A stretch of 63,883 bases of DNA, filler included, from Globobulimina sp. (GCA_003354225.1; 14 parts of 14 records of this genome joined end to end with filler, not necessarily neighbours in it); one strand, 5' to 3'; positions 10,035-22,874 are shown, numbered from the whole stretch's first letter. Made by a program: numbers and translations. The notes: generated by a model not told the origin, from the sequence alone.

Positions 10035-11054
10035 ATGATGTCAAACTTGAAGACTTGCTTCAAGCTATTTATTGCTATGATAGTTATGTTAGTGATCAGT
10101 ATGACAGTTATCATTCGGCTGCAGAATGATGTGTTGAATACCAAATGCGATCCGTGTAAGATGAAAGAGTCCCAATTTATCCCCAACAATTTTGATGCTC
10201 GATTACAAGCAGCAAACTTCAAACCGCATAAACTCAGAGTAAAGAAATGGAATTATGTTTATTTCCAACACATTCGAAAAACCGGTGGCTCATCAGTTGT
10301 GGCAGTATTTTATGAAAATAAATTGTGTTCGTCGGATAGATGCATAATATGGTCACCTTTTTATGGACTGACTAAAAACATTGACGATCATAAGCGAGAA
10401 TGTGACAAAAGAGGCATGAAATTTATTGTGATCGAATATTATCCATTTTACACATCCCATTATTTGATCCATAGAGACGACACATGGAATGATGTCTTAT
10501 TAACCACCATTTTGAGAGATCCATTGCAAAGAATATGGAGTGATATTGGTTCCGGCGCAACATTCCATTGCGGCCACAGGAATACCACCATTGAGGAATA
10601 TAAAAAGCATTTAGGCGATGAGCAGTTTCTCATTCAATGTGCAAAGGACTTCCAATATGGATACACTTCAAATGTGTATGTGAAAATATTCAGTGGCAGT
10701 TGGAAATACGCCATAAATGATCCTGAACGACATTTGAAAAAATATAATATTGATTATAGCCCAACGCATAGTGCGCATGCCGTGCATCTGGCTGTGGCTA
10801 AGAGCATTATTCTGGAATTTGATGTTATTTTACTGCTGGAAATGTGGCAAGAAACAAGTATTCAGCTGAAATGTAATAATTTGCTGCATACAGCATTGGA
10901 AAAAATCAACAGAGGATATAACAACTATAAATTGGATGATTTCCCCAAACTCAAAGAAGTGCTGTACGAACTGAATAGATATGATATGGAATTTTATGCG
11001 TTTGCTAAACAACTGGCTCTGCGGAAATCGCAGCAATGCATATTGTACGCATAA
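10035..11054 (+). CDS. Golgi-type (type II membrane) sulfotransferase family protein
   Basis: N-terminal TM; 5'-PSB motif FQHIRKTGGSS; 3'-PB motif ILRDPLQRIWS; C-terminal NRYDMEFYAFAK. Confidence 0.85.
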   Translation: MMSNLKTCFKLFIAMIVMLVISMTVIIRLQNDVLNTKCDPCKMKESQFIPNNFDARLQAANFKPHKLRVKKWNYVYFQHIRKTGGSSVVAVFYENKLCSSDRCIIWSPFYGLTKNIDDHKRECDKRGMKFIVIEYYPFYTSHYLIHRDDTWNDVLLTTILRDPLQRIWSDIGSGATFHCGHRNTTIEEYKKHLGDEQFLIQCAKDFQYGYTSNVYVKIFSGSWKYAINDPERHLKKYNIDYSPTHSAHAVHLAVAKSIILEFDVILLLEMWQETSIQLKCNNLLHTALEKINRGYNNYKLDDFPKLKEVLYELNRYDMEFYAFAKQLALRKSQQCILYA

Positions 11055-11141
11055 AACATAAGTGATCACTGATTGTTTGGCAATGTATTTGTATTATTAT
11101 TTGGATTTGATGAAAATTAAAAAAAGGTTTTCTGTTTGCAA

Positions 11142-12926
11142 ATGTCTTCAAGTTCAAGAGCAAGTCGTGTTTGTGTATCGGTTTTGGACCACTTACCTTC
11201 AACAACGACCCATAAACATAAATTGCTAAAAGAAATCCCAAAGTTTAGCAACCAGTTAGTGCTGGACAGGCAGAGAAATGAAAAGAAGTTAACATCCGAA
11301 AAAAGACGGAATGTGTCATTGCAAGAAAGAGATACGACATTATATCATAACCCATTGTTATCAAAGGAATTGCGATCATATAGGTACAAAATACAAAATT
11401 GTGACTCGATTGATGAAATATATAATATTTTCTCACAGTTATCTTACATTTCAAATTCAAAAACAAGTTCATCCACGGATTTATCCGTATTATTTGATGA
11501 TTTTATGAAACAATTTATTAAATTACAAAAACATACTGAATGTCTCAATGTTTTGCAATTGATGTATAATAAGCACATTCCGCGTAGTTTAGCATCGTAT
11601 AATATTATATTTGATGGCTATGTAAGTTATGGCCACAGCCACACTGCGATGGAAATATATTATCAATACATGTTAAAAAATGATGTTGCTTTGCATCCAA
11701 ACATAATTACTGTCAATACATTGCTTTGTGGCTGCAAACAGAAAGCTGACATTTATCTCATTAAACAAATATGGACAGATATTGTCATTCCTTTTCAAAT
11801 AACGCCAAATATCGCCACATATATTCTATTAATTACTATCTATGGCAGAGCTGGATTGCCTGACCATTGTTATGCTTTATTTGCAAATATGATTGTTAAG
11901 GTTTGTATGTTTAGAATTTTCTATAATTATTAATTTACATTTACATTCAAAAAATTAAAGGAAGGATTGAGAGCAAATACAGGTATTTGTGGCGCATTGA
12001 TGAATGCGTATGCAATGAAAGGAGATGTAAAGCGTTGTTATCAGATACTAAAATATATGGAAACGAACGGAATTAAGATCACAATCGTCGAATATTGCAC
12101 TTTGATGAAATGTTACTTATGGAATGAACAGCCATTGATCGCATTAAATGTTTATCATAAATATCTATTAAAACTCATTAATGAATCGGTGGGCGATAAA
12201 ACGATCAAAATTATGGCAAGTATGAGAATGACATGTTATTCCAAACTGATCCAAGGAATACTGGGTAAGCATTACAATAATAACAAGGATAAAATTAAAC
12301 ATTTGGAAGAAGCAGATATTGGAAATGTAAAATATTATTTTAAAATGATAGTGCAACAAATTCCATTTGATGTTAAATTGCAAAGTAAGAATGATGCGAA
12401 TAATTTTTATGATTATTTGGATGACAATTTGCTGCAAAGAATGTTAAATACATTGATTATAATGAATGAAAATGAATGTTTTCTGAATGAAAATTACGAA
12501 AATGAAATGTTAACCTTTTTAGAAAATGGATTAAAAAACAATAAATTTGCATTTTGGAATTCAAAAAAAAAAAATATGATCGATTTTCATAATTTTTGGT
12601 CGAAAAATTGCGTATTAATATTAAGATATTTTGTGAGTTTTGAAAGGAAATATATTCAAAATACACTCAATTATGAGATTAAAATAATTGTCGGAAGTGG
12701 CAGTCATTCGGATAAAAATATTCGAAAAGATAAACATAAAAATGATATTCAATCAATACCAATTTCTCAGGCTATTTTGGAAGAAGTATTACATTGGAAT
12801 CCAGCCGTTAAAATCTACAAACTTGAAAATGAGGCTGTCTTAGCTTTAGATTCGACCGATTTAAAGCATTTCCTTCAGCAAAATGCAAATAAATCACCAT
12901 GGTTTAAACATCGTGCACCAAAATGA
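11142..12926 (+). CDS. PPR-SMR protein; exons 11142-11900 and 11961-12926
   Basis: P-type PPR repeats (SYNIIFDGY, PNIITVNTLL, PNIATYILLI..YGRAG, GALMNAYA); 60-nt GT-AG intron joins the two ORFs in frame; SMR-like IDFHNF...IKIIVGSGSHS. Confidence 0.8.
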
Positions 12927-13254
12927 CGTACAAAATGATTCATTAATATATATATATATATATACGTTCGAAATTCACACTGCAGTGACAACTATTGGGC
13001 TATATAATTTATTTGTGTCGATGTGTAAGTGGTTTAGTTGGTGAAGCTGCCTTAGAAATATCAAATCACAAACACAACAAAATAATCACAGCTTTGCTGT
13101 GGCTTTTCATCTACCACCACCTAAAAGCAATAGCAAAATGTGAATGTTCAAGCAACAAATTGGTAGACCATAGTCACTTAAAACATGAAAGAAAAAATAT
13201 TTAAAAAAAATTCAACATTCAACAAATATATATGATATTATTGATATATGATAA

Positions 13255-13628
13255 TTATAGTGATGGATTGATAGATTCTTGTTGATTATTAGTCGAATCA
13301 TCTGTTCTTTGAATAAATTCTTCATATTGCTCAGATGTAACCTGTCGGGATGCAAAGCAGGTAATTTCTTTTGGTTTCGCACTTTCTTCTTCTTGTTCAG
13401 TATCATCGCTGCCATCCATTTCCTCGTCACAGCCATAATTATGCACCACAAAGGCGTCATAATTTTGTCTCATCCACGCAGATAATGGCTGTTCCAATTG
13501 CGGGTCGGTTACAATGGCACGGATCTTCGGACCATCCAGCATTGAGCTAAAAGCTTGTAAAACATCTACAAATGCAACATACCAAATGCATTCATCCCCA
13601 TCCTCGTTCTTATTCGTTTTGTGCAGAT
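13255..13628 (-). CDS. Hypothetical protein, 3' fragment (5' end beyond contig)
   Basis: Frame open from the contig edge; acidic C-terminal region. Confidence 0.5.
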
Positions 13629-13728
13629 NNNNNNNNNNNNNNNNNNNNNNNNNNNNNNNNNNNNNNNNNNNNTTAATTAATTAANNNNNNNNNNNNNNNN
13701 NNNNNNNNNNNNNNNNNNNNNNNNNNNN

Positions 13729-14250
13729 AAAAACATTCCTCTTTGTTCCTCCCACAAATCGCAACCACCATCATCTTGCCATGACTCTATCACATAACCA
13801 AAATCAGTCCCAATTGCACCTGCGGCTGCTGCTCCTGTTCCATTTTTAGCATAACACCATGGAACATTAAATGATTGATTGTGCACAGGATACCAACAGC
13901 AACCATTTGCTTCACACACTTCCTGACTTGTTCCTGCGTTTTTTTTTTAGTTTCTATACTGCGCAATGTACACAGTACAAACCTTCATGACCGCAGTCCA
14001 TTTTTGCTGTCTGTGGTATGACATTACATGTTCCGCTGCCTGTTGATGTTGATGGAGTATAAACAAATATTTATCTACATAATCTTTGTTATTAGTATCT
14101 AATAAATAATTTGCGTAGAATGTTAATGCTTGCGCTCTGGTGGCTGGTCCATCGTTTTGTGGCCTACACCAACCACCGTCGAATACTGTCGCATTGCAAT
14201 AAAATTTATGTTCACCCAAAACGTTGCAGGGGGTTATCGATCTTTTGCAA
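13729..14250 (-). pseudogene. GH15 glucoamylase fragment with an inserted trefoil (P-type) domain; frameshifted
   Basis: LGEHKF...WCRPQNDGPATRA and CDLWEE GH15 motifs; six-Cys trefoil CNVIPQTAKMDCGHEGTSQEVCEANGCCW...PWCY across intron 13934-13982; frameshifts near 14231 and 14062; no 5' part. Confidence 0.75.
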
Positions 14251-14353
14251 TATATCGTTAAAATAAAACAGTTTTCTAAAAGCATCACAGTCATGTCACC
14301 ACATTTGATGATTTAAGAAACATATTTTAATCCTACTGATACAGTATAACAAA

Positions 14354-16044
14354 ATGAATGATCATGAAAGAAATGAAGAAAAATACGATTCGGATGAAGA
14401 AAAATACGATTCGGATGAAGAAAATTTGAATATTGACAAACCACAATATATGTCATATTTTTGGGCATTTATTTTATTACAGTTTATTTTTAGTATTTGG
14501 AAGTTTGGTCCATTTTTTGATAGCTGTCCTCCTATTTATTATAAAGAAACGTTCAATCCAGGAACGGAAACTTGTTCATGGATTCAGTTTCTCCCTTTTA
14601 TGTTGCAGTTGGTATTAAATTTTATTTTGTTATTTTTGGTCATGGCCTGTACGTGTAAATTACCATGCATTTGTCAACAATTATATCCACAAATCTGCTG
14701 TTCGTGTGATAAATTATTATTTCCTATTTTAGTGATGATGGTTATGATTGTAATTGGCGTTTTAATTGCGCTCTTATATCAGCCATGGTATTTTTTTCAA
14801 GTCGGCATCGATATATTTGGATATACACTGTGGTTTTTATATGCTCCCATTGTCTCCACCGTATTGAAAACGTGTACTGCACGGTTTATGCATCGTAACT
14901 TAAGATATTATTTCATGACACACATTTTTTTTATTTTTACTGCGTTTTTTGCCATTGTTTGGAGTTTGACAGCGATGTTTAAAGAAGATTTTGATTTTGA
15001 TATTCTAAGAAAAGAAGAATTAGTATTTGTTCAAATTGTGTTGGAAACTACATTGATAATCGAATGGCTGCACGTTGTCTTGCATGATTGGATGCATTCT
15101 CCCGCAACTCATACAAGTCAATATACTGCAGTTTTAAACGAAAATGATGACACAGATGATGAAAGCACTGATTTGCGTATACATGAAATGAAAAATACAG
15201 ATAATGAAATTGAATATTATGAATCCAGAGGAAGATTGGTAGGAAATAAATATCTTCTTTTCGCATTTACTGTAGATATAATTGCAGTCATTGGCTTTGG
15301 AATAGCGAAAACATATTATCATCATAATGCGGATAAATATGAATATTGTCAAGTTATAACATTTCAATTAATGAACACTGTGCTTATGGATTATGGATTA
15401 CTGAGTGTGTTCTTGTTATATTGAGTACGATTATAATATGGGCTGTATTTTGTTGCTCTAAGATTAATGCAACATTATTGGAATTCGATAGGTTATTATT
15501 TCCATCCATTGTATGGATCGTATTAATGGTAATTGAAGTTATTTATACATTTAATATCAAGCAAACGTATGCTCTGCAATTAGGTATTGATTTTTTCTCT
15601 TATATGGTTTATTTTATTCAAGCATTGTATGTGGTGCAATTTCGAAAATATTTAAAATCATTTCAATTGAGAAAAAAAGCGGGATATTGTAAGGCTTGGG
15701 TGCTTTTATGTGATGGGGCAGATGAAGATAATTTTCCTGCCCATGATTGTGTGTGTACGTCATTTAATTGTACGCTTGTGTGGGCCGTTATTATTATTGT
15801 ATTGGAATTGGTGTTATGTTTTGTTGTATTGGTTTTAAATTTTCATAACGATTTAAATGAAGTTGAAAAGGCAGCTGATGGTTTGGATGTTGATACAAAA
15901 GTGGTTGAAATGATTGCTTTTATTCAAATTATATTTGAAAATGTTTTATTGGTGGAATATATTCATGTTTTGCTTGGTGGATTGGAATTTTGTAATAAAA
16001 CGGAAAATCAATATGGTAAATATGGTAAATATGAAATAAAATAA
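14354..16044 (+). CDS. Multi-pass membrane protein of two homologous halves, interrupted near 15345-15405 by a frameshift or weak intron
   Basis: Overlapping ORFs 14354-15424 and 15346-16044; QVGIDIFGY vs QLGIDFFSY and FVQIVLETTLIIEWLHVVL vs FIQIIFENVLLVEYIHVLL. Confidence 0.65.
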
Positions 16045-16343
16045 TTCTGATTTCATATATATGTAAATTCCAGTATTTTTTCGACTTTAGTTAAGTGTCG
16101 TCAATCTACTGCAACCAAGGCTGATTTGAAAAAGCATTTTCTGACTTTTCTAACTCATAGGAAAAGAAACGTTTTGCTATAGCTTTGTGGTTTGTACATG
16201 TCTTGGTTTGCAAATTCAGAACAAATTAATGTATACAAAGGGGGGTTATCTTTTGGAATATATATTAATTTTGTATGTTTTTTTACATTATCGATGAAAC
16301 GACCTAATTCACCCAAATGACAAAATTTGTTTTTAATTGTCAA

Positions 16344-16870
16344 TTAAGTGTCATTGGGCTCATGCTTCCAACTGACTGAGCATCAGCAGTTTTTTGTTTG
16401 GGTGTACAGGTACTCTCATACAATAGATCATAGTCTCTATCATTATCAATACTGACATTGCCATTTTTGAAACCGGGACCAACAGTATTTTTGATGTTGT
16501 TGGATACGTAATTACCAATCCGTCTGTGTCTGCTTTTAATGTTGTTGGAGCATTGGTTGTCGGCGAATGTGTTGTTGGAGCAACAGTGGTTGGTGCATTC
16601 ATAGTTGTTGTTGGCGCATTGTAGGTCGGTACTGATGTTGTTGGCACAGTTGTTGGTGAATTCGTTGTTGGTCCACTGGTAGTCGGCACATTGGTGGTAG
16701 GCACGGAGGTTGTTGGTGCATTGGTTGGTATATTGGTAGTTGGCATGTTAGTGGTTGGCGTGTCAGTGGTTGGTGCATTACTGGTTGGATTAGCAGTGGA
16801 TGGTATTGATGGTCAGGCATGTGATAGATTGTGCAAATAATGAGCATTGAGGAGCCGGTGTACATGTAAC
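16344..16870 (-). pseudogene. Mucin-like Thr/Pro (TTNAP/PTT repeat) surface-protein fragment
   Basis: ~15-nt degenerate repeats encoding PTTNAPTT; frame breaks on both sides of the repeat block; degenerate TM-like tail. Confidence 0.55.
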
Positions 16871-17027
16871 AGCTGCAAACACAATGTGTGGAATCAATAG
16901 GAGGAACAAACAACTGCATACGAAACAGTTTGAATAGTTGACATTAGATTCAACGAAATAATTCAAGTTGTTTTTAATCTAAAGCGCAAGGATAAAATTT
17001 AACTTTGTAGTTTATATATAATAAAAC

Positions 17028-17963
17028 ATGGGAGCAGAATTTACTAAATTGAAACAGAAAGGAAATAATACGCATAATGTAGACATAGCATACGATTATA
17101 GATTTTTCTTGGATTATCTGAATGATAATATTCATAAAGACTGTCTTAAATATATGCAGCCATATAAAATATTACCAAAAGAAAATGACAGACAAGTCTT
17201 GACCCATTACTTTGCAAACGTATCCAACGAAGAGTTAAACAAATATTCAAAAGCAGTGGACATTAATCCATCATTGCGATGTTACTGCTTAGATGGTTTG
17301 GTTATAAATTATCTATTCCAAGCTGATGATAATAAAAACAATGACACTGAATCATTGATGATAGATTCAATAAAAAGTGTGCTTATCGATAATGATAATG
17401 TTGCATTGTCTGAAGGTTTATTTGGAATGAATCAAATCTATCAATTACCATTCCATCATATTTTAATGTATTTATCATCAGAAATTAATGACGATATACA
17501 AAGGCATATAATGGATAAATATGAAAATAAATCAAATCATTTAAATCATGAAATGATATTTGATTTGCTAAAATATAATGCATTGCGAAACGAATCGCAA
17601 AGTAATTACCAATTATTAAAGAAAATGATGACATTCCATCAAAATAAAAATGATAAATTAAGTTTGAAGTACATTCCAATGATTGCAATGTATAAAAACG
17701 AGAATGATATCCTATTAATTCAATCATTATTAAATCAAGGACCAGCAAATAAATCATGGTTTGCTGCCATGAATGGTATTCAATACTTTCCGCACGCGGC
17801 ATTTTGGGATTATTTAATGAAATTTTTCAAGAAAATATACAAACATATCTCAATTGTAAATGGCGAAACTGTCCCTATGGCTTTGGGACAAATTGATGAT
17901 AAATTTGGAGAGGAAGAAAAGGATGAATTCAAACAAGAAAAAAAACAAGAATTGTTAAGGTAA
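17028..17963 (+). CDS. Hypothetical protein (possible N-myristoylation MGAEF; may splice onward at AG/GTAATT ~17960)
   Basis: 311-aa ORF with coding-like composition; no family recognised. Confidence 0.6.
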   Translation: MGAEFTKLKQKGNNTHNVDIAYDYRFFLDYLNDNIHKDCLKYMQPYKILPKENDRQVLTHYFANVSNEELNKYSKAVDINPSLRCYCLDGLVINYLFQADDNKNNDTESLMIDSIKSVLIDNDNVALSEGLFGMNQIYQLPFHHILMYLSSEINDDIQRHIMDKYENKSNHLNHEMIFDLLKYNALRNESQSNYQLLKKMMTFHQNKNDKLSLKYIPMIAMYKNENDILLIQSLLNQGPANKSWFAAMNGIQYFPHAAFWDYLMKFFKKIYKHISIVNGETVPMALGQIDDKFGEEEKDEFKQEKKQELLR

Positions 17964-18033
17964 TTATGTGATTACTGAGATGTAGATGCGGATCGCAGTG
18001 AAATCACAAATGATCCACTATGATGTACTACAT

Positions 18034-18148
18034 TCAATCAATTGGAATCACGTCAAATGCGTTCTTGCATGTTAATCACCAATGGTGTGATTTCGTGTTG
18101 GTGATTTCTTGCATGTAAGAACGTGTTGGTGTGATTTCGATCAATTGA
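18034..18148 (+). ncRNA. Long RNA hairpin, pre-miRNA/siRNA-precursor-like
   Basis: Manual pairing of arms 18034-18084 and 18096-18148 gives ~47 bp, including ~10 G.U, with only 2 mismatches, 1 bulge and 1 internal loop. Confidence 0.5.
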
Positions 18149-18301
18149 CTGCACTCAGTGTGCCATGGTATGCTACTAAAAAAAAAGATTTACTTGAACT
18201 CNNNNNNNNNNNNNNNNNNNNNNNNNNNNNNNNNNNNNNNNNNNNTTAATTAATTAANNNNNNNNNNNNNNNNNNNNNNNNNNNNNNNNNNNNNNNNNNN
18301 N

Positions 18302-21300
18302 TAGCTATAAATATCCAATTGAACACACGCATGGCCATATATTTTGGCATACAAATCTTGAAATTGATTCAAATGACATTTATTGTCAGCATTCGCAAAT
18401 AATTCAGATAAATGTAGCAACAATGCATTGCGTACAGTTAATAGTTTCTGTTCTTGCATTTGCCAAATATACGTTGGTTCCTTACGTGCCGGAGTAGGAC
18501 GTACATAAATAAAGGGATGATTATACATAAGTTTCTCCACATTATGTTCCAAAAATGAATTTTGTCCATATTTCAAATCCCATTTTTGCTGAAAACTATG
18601 AGCTGGAATTTCAACTTGTTTCCAATAATTTTTCTGGCCGACATGCTCCTTTCTGTTTGCATTAGTTTTCAATAAAGTATAATTCCTATCAAATTCTTCA
18701 AATATTGCTCGTATTTTATACAATAAATTGTCCTCATAACGAACACGTGGCGCAAAGGACCATAGCTTATGTTGTTCATTCCATTCAGATTGCAATAAAT
18801 GCGAAAAATACTTCGGAATATCAGTCAGATATTGTTCATACTCATCATATAATTCCTTTATAGCCGCCACAGGTTTATCAATACAATCGACAGCATCCAT
18901 ATCAATGTCCAGTTTGCTCTCATTAATATCCGACAGATTTGGATTTAAAACAGCTATCACAGCAGCTCTTAGTTTTACTTCTAATATAGATTTATTACTA
19001 TCAAATGCTTTCGAATTCAAAACACGACTTATTGCATCACATAAAGTAACATATGGTGTTGGTAACATATATGAAGGCGATAAAGGGTATGGTTTATAAG
19101 CTGAATAATTTGGTGTTGATTCAATCAATGATTCAAAATCATTTTCAAATCCATACTTTTCTAATTTCAATGCAGGATATTTACTCATTAACTCAATCAC
19201 TATCTTATCAGTTACAGTTAAACTGTCTCCATTCTCTGCGGATAATGTATTAATTATTGCAGTTATACATTCATGTAATTCTGATATTTGCGGTGATGCA
19301 TAAATAGTGATATTGTTCAAATTGCTGATATACCGAAAATGATCAGTCACTGAAAATAAATCAATGCCATCAATGTCCAGTAAAAAGTTGACCACATCAT
19401 CAAAATAAACTTTTTTCTGCGTTTGTGGGTCTGCTATGGATTGAAATTCAGCATTAAAAAAAGTGGGAGACACTGCACGCACTAAAGCTAATATAGCCGA
19501 TAATGAGACGCCATTTCCATCCCTACGGTCATGACCCTGTACTTCACGAATGATGAAATCTTGAATATTATGCTGTGATTCTACTGCGGTCACAATGGGA
19601 TCATACCGTGGTGAGCTTGCAATGATGGATAAACCACTGTTTTTGGCATGTAATAACCATAACGGATTTCTTTTATCCCAGTTATTACTAAAAAACGCAG
19701 GCGTAAATGTATATTGATTGGATTGTGATAATTTGCTGATGATTTGTGACATATATAAGCCTTCTGCATAATTTTTATTTGTTGTCAACAAGTCACGCGT
19801 GGCTGACTGGAATGAATCCGCATTATAAATTGGTATTTTATCAGTGTATGTGGACGATTTCTCCTCTTTCAATACGTTTGTATCGTCTCTAATGGATATG
19901 TATCGAATATATTTATTTGAATTTGAATGCGGTGAAATTAAATGTATTTCAAAATAGGGATAATAAATGTAAATAAGCTCTTGCATCATCTTGGAATGAT
20001 TTATATTTAATGGTGTGTTATAATGTGACTTCCATAACGTAACAATATCATATTCTGAAATCGCAATTTTATTTTTTGTCACCTCATTACCAACAGAAAT
20101 ACTGTCCAATCTGACCACATTTGCATAATTTTCCAGCTCGCAATGTCGTAGTAATTGTAACAAATCCCTGACAATGTCGACATTCATTTTGTGATTTGAT
20201 TGTTTGGATAATTTATCTAAATTCATTTCGATCGCAACAGGTAAAGTAATATCAGCTTTGATGAGTTTATCATTGCTGTTTGTTGTTAATGTTGGCATTG
20301 TGGCGGAAGATGTCGATTTTGTGATTAATGTTGATGTGGTATTAATATTTTGTTGCGTATCAATAACCTTTGCTTGGATATCTCTCTTCTCTTCGAATGC
20401 ATAATGTTTTGGTTGTTTTGAGCTTCTCGTTTGATGTATTTGCGGTATATTTGCATTCAATATTCGTTGCTGTTGCTGGAAGGTATTATTATTTGCAACT
20501 TTTTTCCGTTTTAATATATTCTCCACCACCAATGGCAATTTCCATTGCGTAATTTCGTGAAAGCCATCATTTTCAATTTGTAACTCACAAAATTTACCCA
20601 ATGTAATCGGTGCCGGAGCATCGTATGGGTGATGGACAAATATTGATTCATTAAATAACTGACTTAATTGCAAATTATCCAAATTAGAATTATTTAAATT
20701 ATTAATATCGATAAAATATGATTGTTTGATGCCATATAATAACAACTCTTTGTTCAATTTAAATCTCCCATTGTTGTGATAGTAATTATCGGTATCAAAT
20801 AGAAACTGACTATTTTTATCATTCGATATAAATACAGTCCATGCATCGGAATCTATTTTATTTGAAGGCGATTGTGTATTAATTGTAAACTGTTCAATTT
20901 GGTCCAACCATTGAAAATATTGAATGACACATTCCAAATAAGACAACCTTCCGCTTAATATTAACGTCGATGGAGATTTGATTTGATATTCAACAAATAA
21001 CATATTTGTTGAATTGAATAAAATATTAAACCAACAATCAGCATTTTTGACCATTATATTTTCAATCCACTTGGACACATTCAATGATATTTTCTGGTTT
21101 AAATTTGCAAATAATACTAATTCCTGTTTATGTGGAACATATTTTGAGACCACAATTTCCGAATATTGTTTAAAGAAATCCTGTAACATAAATGCGGTGT
21201 TTTCATCCAGTACAATATCATTGATATCTTTGTTGAGATGAGTTTGAGTGATAAAATCCTCACGAAATAAGTGGTTAAATTCTTTGCAAAACGAATGAAT

Positions 21301-21938
21301 GTCAATTCCCTGCGGATGTTCATTTAAAATTGTAATTAATTTGTCACTCATTGATAAGGGCGGTAATTGAAACAATAACTTTTCAAATTCAAATATTCCT
21401 AAATATAAAGTATTGTTATTGTTATTTGTTTGTGGTTTCAGTTTTAATACAAAATCAACATAGAATTGATTGTTGAGTTCAATATTATTATTATTTGCAT
21501 TGTTTAGTGCCTCAAATGTGTCATAATTGCAAGTTATATTTAAAACATGTCGATATTCTGCGAGTATATTTTTGTCGATTAATTGGTGGTTGTTTAGAAT
21601 GAAAATGTCAATGTTTTGAGCAGATAGCAGTTGTAATAAGTGGTGGGATAATGGTACTGCTGTATTTGAGGGCATATTGGATGATAAAAGCGAGGGGTTA
21701 TCATTTGATGAAAATAATCGGACAAAATGTGTTTTTAATAATGATAAAACAATTTCATTGTTTCCATGAAAAAGTGTTTTTAGTACATATTGATCACAAC
21801 TTCGTTGTTTACGAATCGTATTTGATTGTTGGTGGCTTATTTTGTTGTGTATTTTCTCAGCGTCATCATCAAGTTTTTGCTTTTTGAATTGTGCGTAATT
21901 TGATGTTGCTTCATTGTGTTTCTCTTGCTGTTATACAT
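18302..21938 (-). CDS. Large protein with multiple LOTUS/OST-HTH-like domains (MARF1/limkain-like), 3'-partial; frameshift near 21883
   Basis: LITILNEHPQGIDIHSFCKEFNHLFREDF and HLNQFQDLYAKIYG resemble OST-HTH repeats. The frame is open ~85 codons upstream of 21675 without Met; upstream ATGs at 21938 and 21914 are in another frame. Confidence 0.6.
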
Positions 21939-22229
21939 TAGTCCAAACAAAACGGATTTTATGTATTGAAATTTCCAGAATTTGATAGATATTATACCCA
22001 TGAGGTTAGCGATCGAACACTTCCATAAAGCATATTTTTGGCATTGTTGATTATAATATGGTTTGTTGATGCTTTATGGGAATACCTATTGAAACGTCTC
22101 ATCTTCATAGCTTTGGCAGTTTAATAGTGGAAAACTTCAAAGTTTATTATTTCTAAACTTAGAGAAACACGATAATTCAAACAAAAAAAGTAGAAATATA
22201 GACATTATAAATTTATAATTCAAGTTCAA

Positions 22230-22774
22230 CTATATACGTATACATTTTTGTGCAAAAAACATAATCAATGTTAATAATAAACTGATCGCATACAAACATC
22301 CAATCACCCATAAAAACCAATATATTTGATGTGTCCAAAGAATAGCTACGGCCAAACAAGCAAATGCTTTGAGAAACTTTCTTGCCATCATTTTGGCTCC
22401 ACTCACTTTTCCAGCATGTTGCTTTGGCTGCAAGTTAAGTAACATCACCTCCTGTGTCATATTAGTTACTCCCAATCCTATTCCTGCCACACAAAGGAAC
22501 AGCCATCGCATGTATTGCACATTCTGTATTCTTTGAAAAACAAACCACCACAAAGGAATACCAGTAACATGTCCAATAAACAGTACTACATATTCACAGT
22601 TTGGAAAGCGTTTCAATAAAGGCGGCGTAACAACACTTGCTATGATAAAAAACAACATAAATGCGGCGAGTTGCATTGTTGATACAATTATAGCTTCATT
22701 CAGTTCCTTTTTGCAATAAATTAAAAAATATGTGGCAGCCACCCCTTCAATCCCTAGCAGACAGGCATTGGCAA
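22230..22774 (-). CDS. MFS transporter, C-terminal fragment
   Basis: Several TM helices; QPKQHAGKVSG loop motif typical of MFS helix 10-11; frame open to the contig edge. Confidence 0.65.
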
Positions 22775-22874
22775 NNNNNNNNNNNNNNNNNNNNNNNNNN
22801 NNNNNNNNNNNNNNNNNNTTAATTAATTAANNNNNNNNNNNNNNNNNNNNNNNNNNNNNNNNNNNNNNNNNNNN

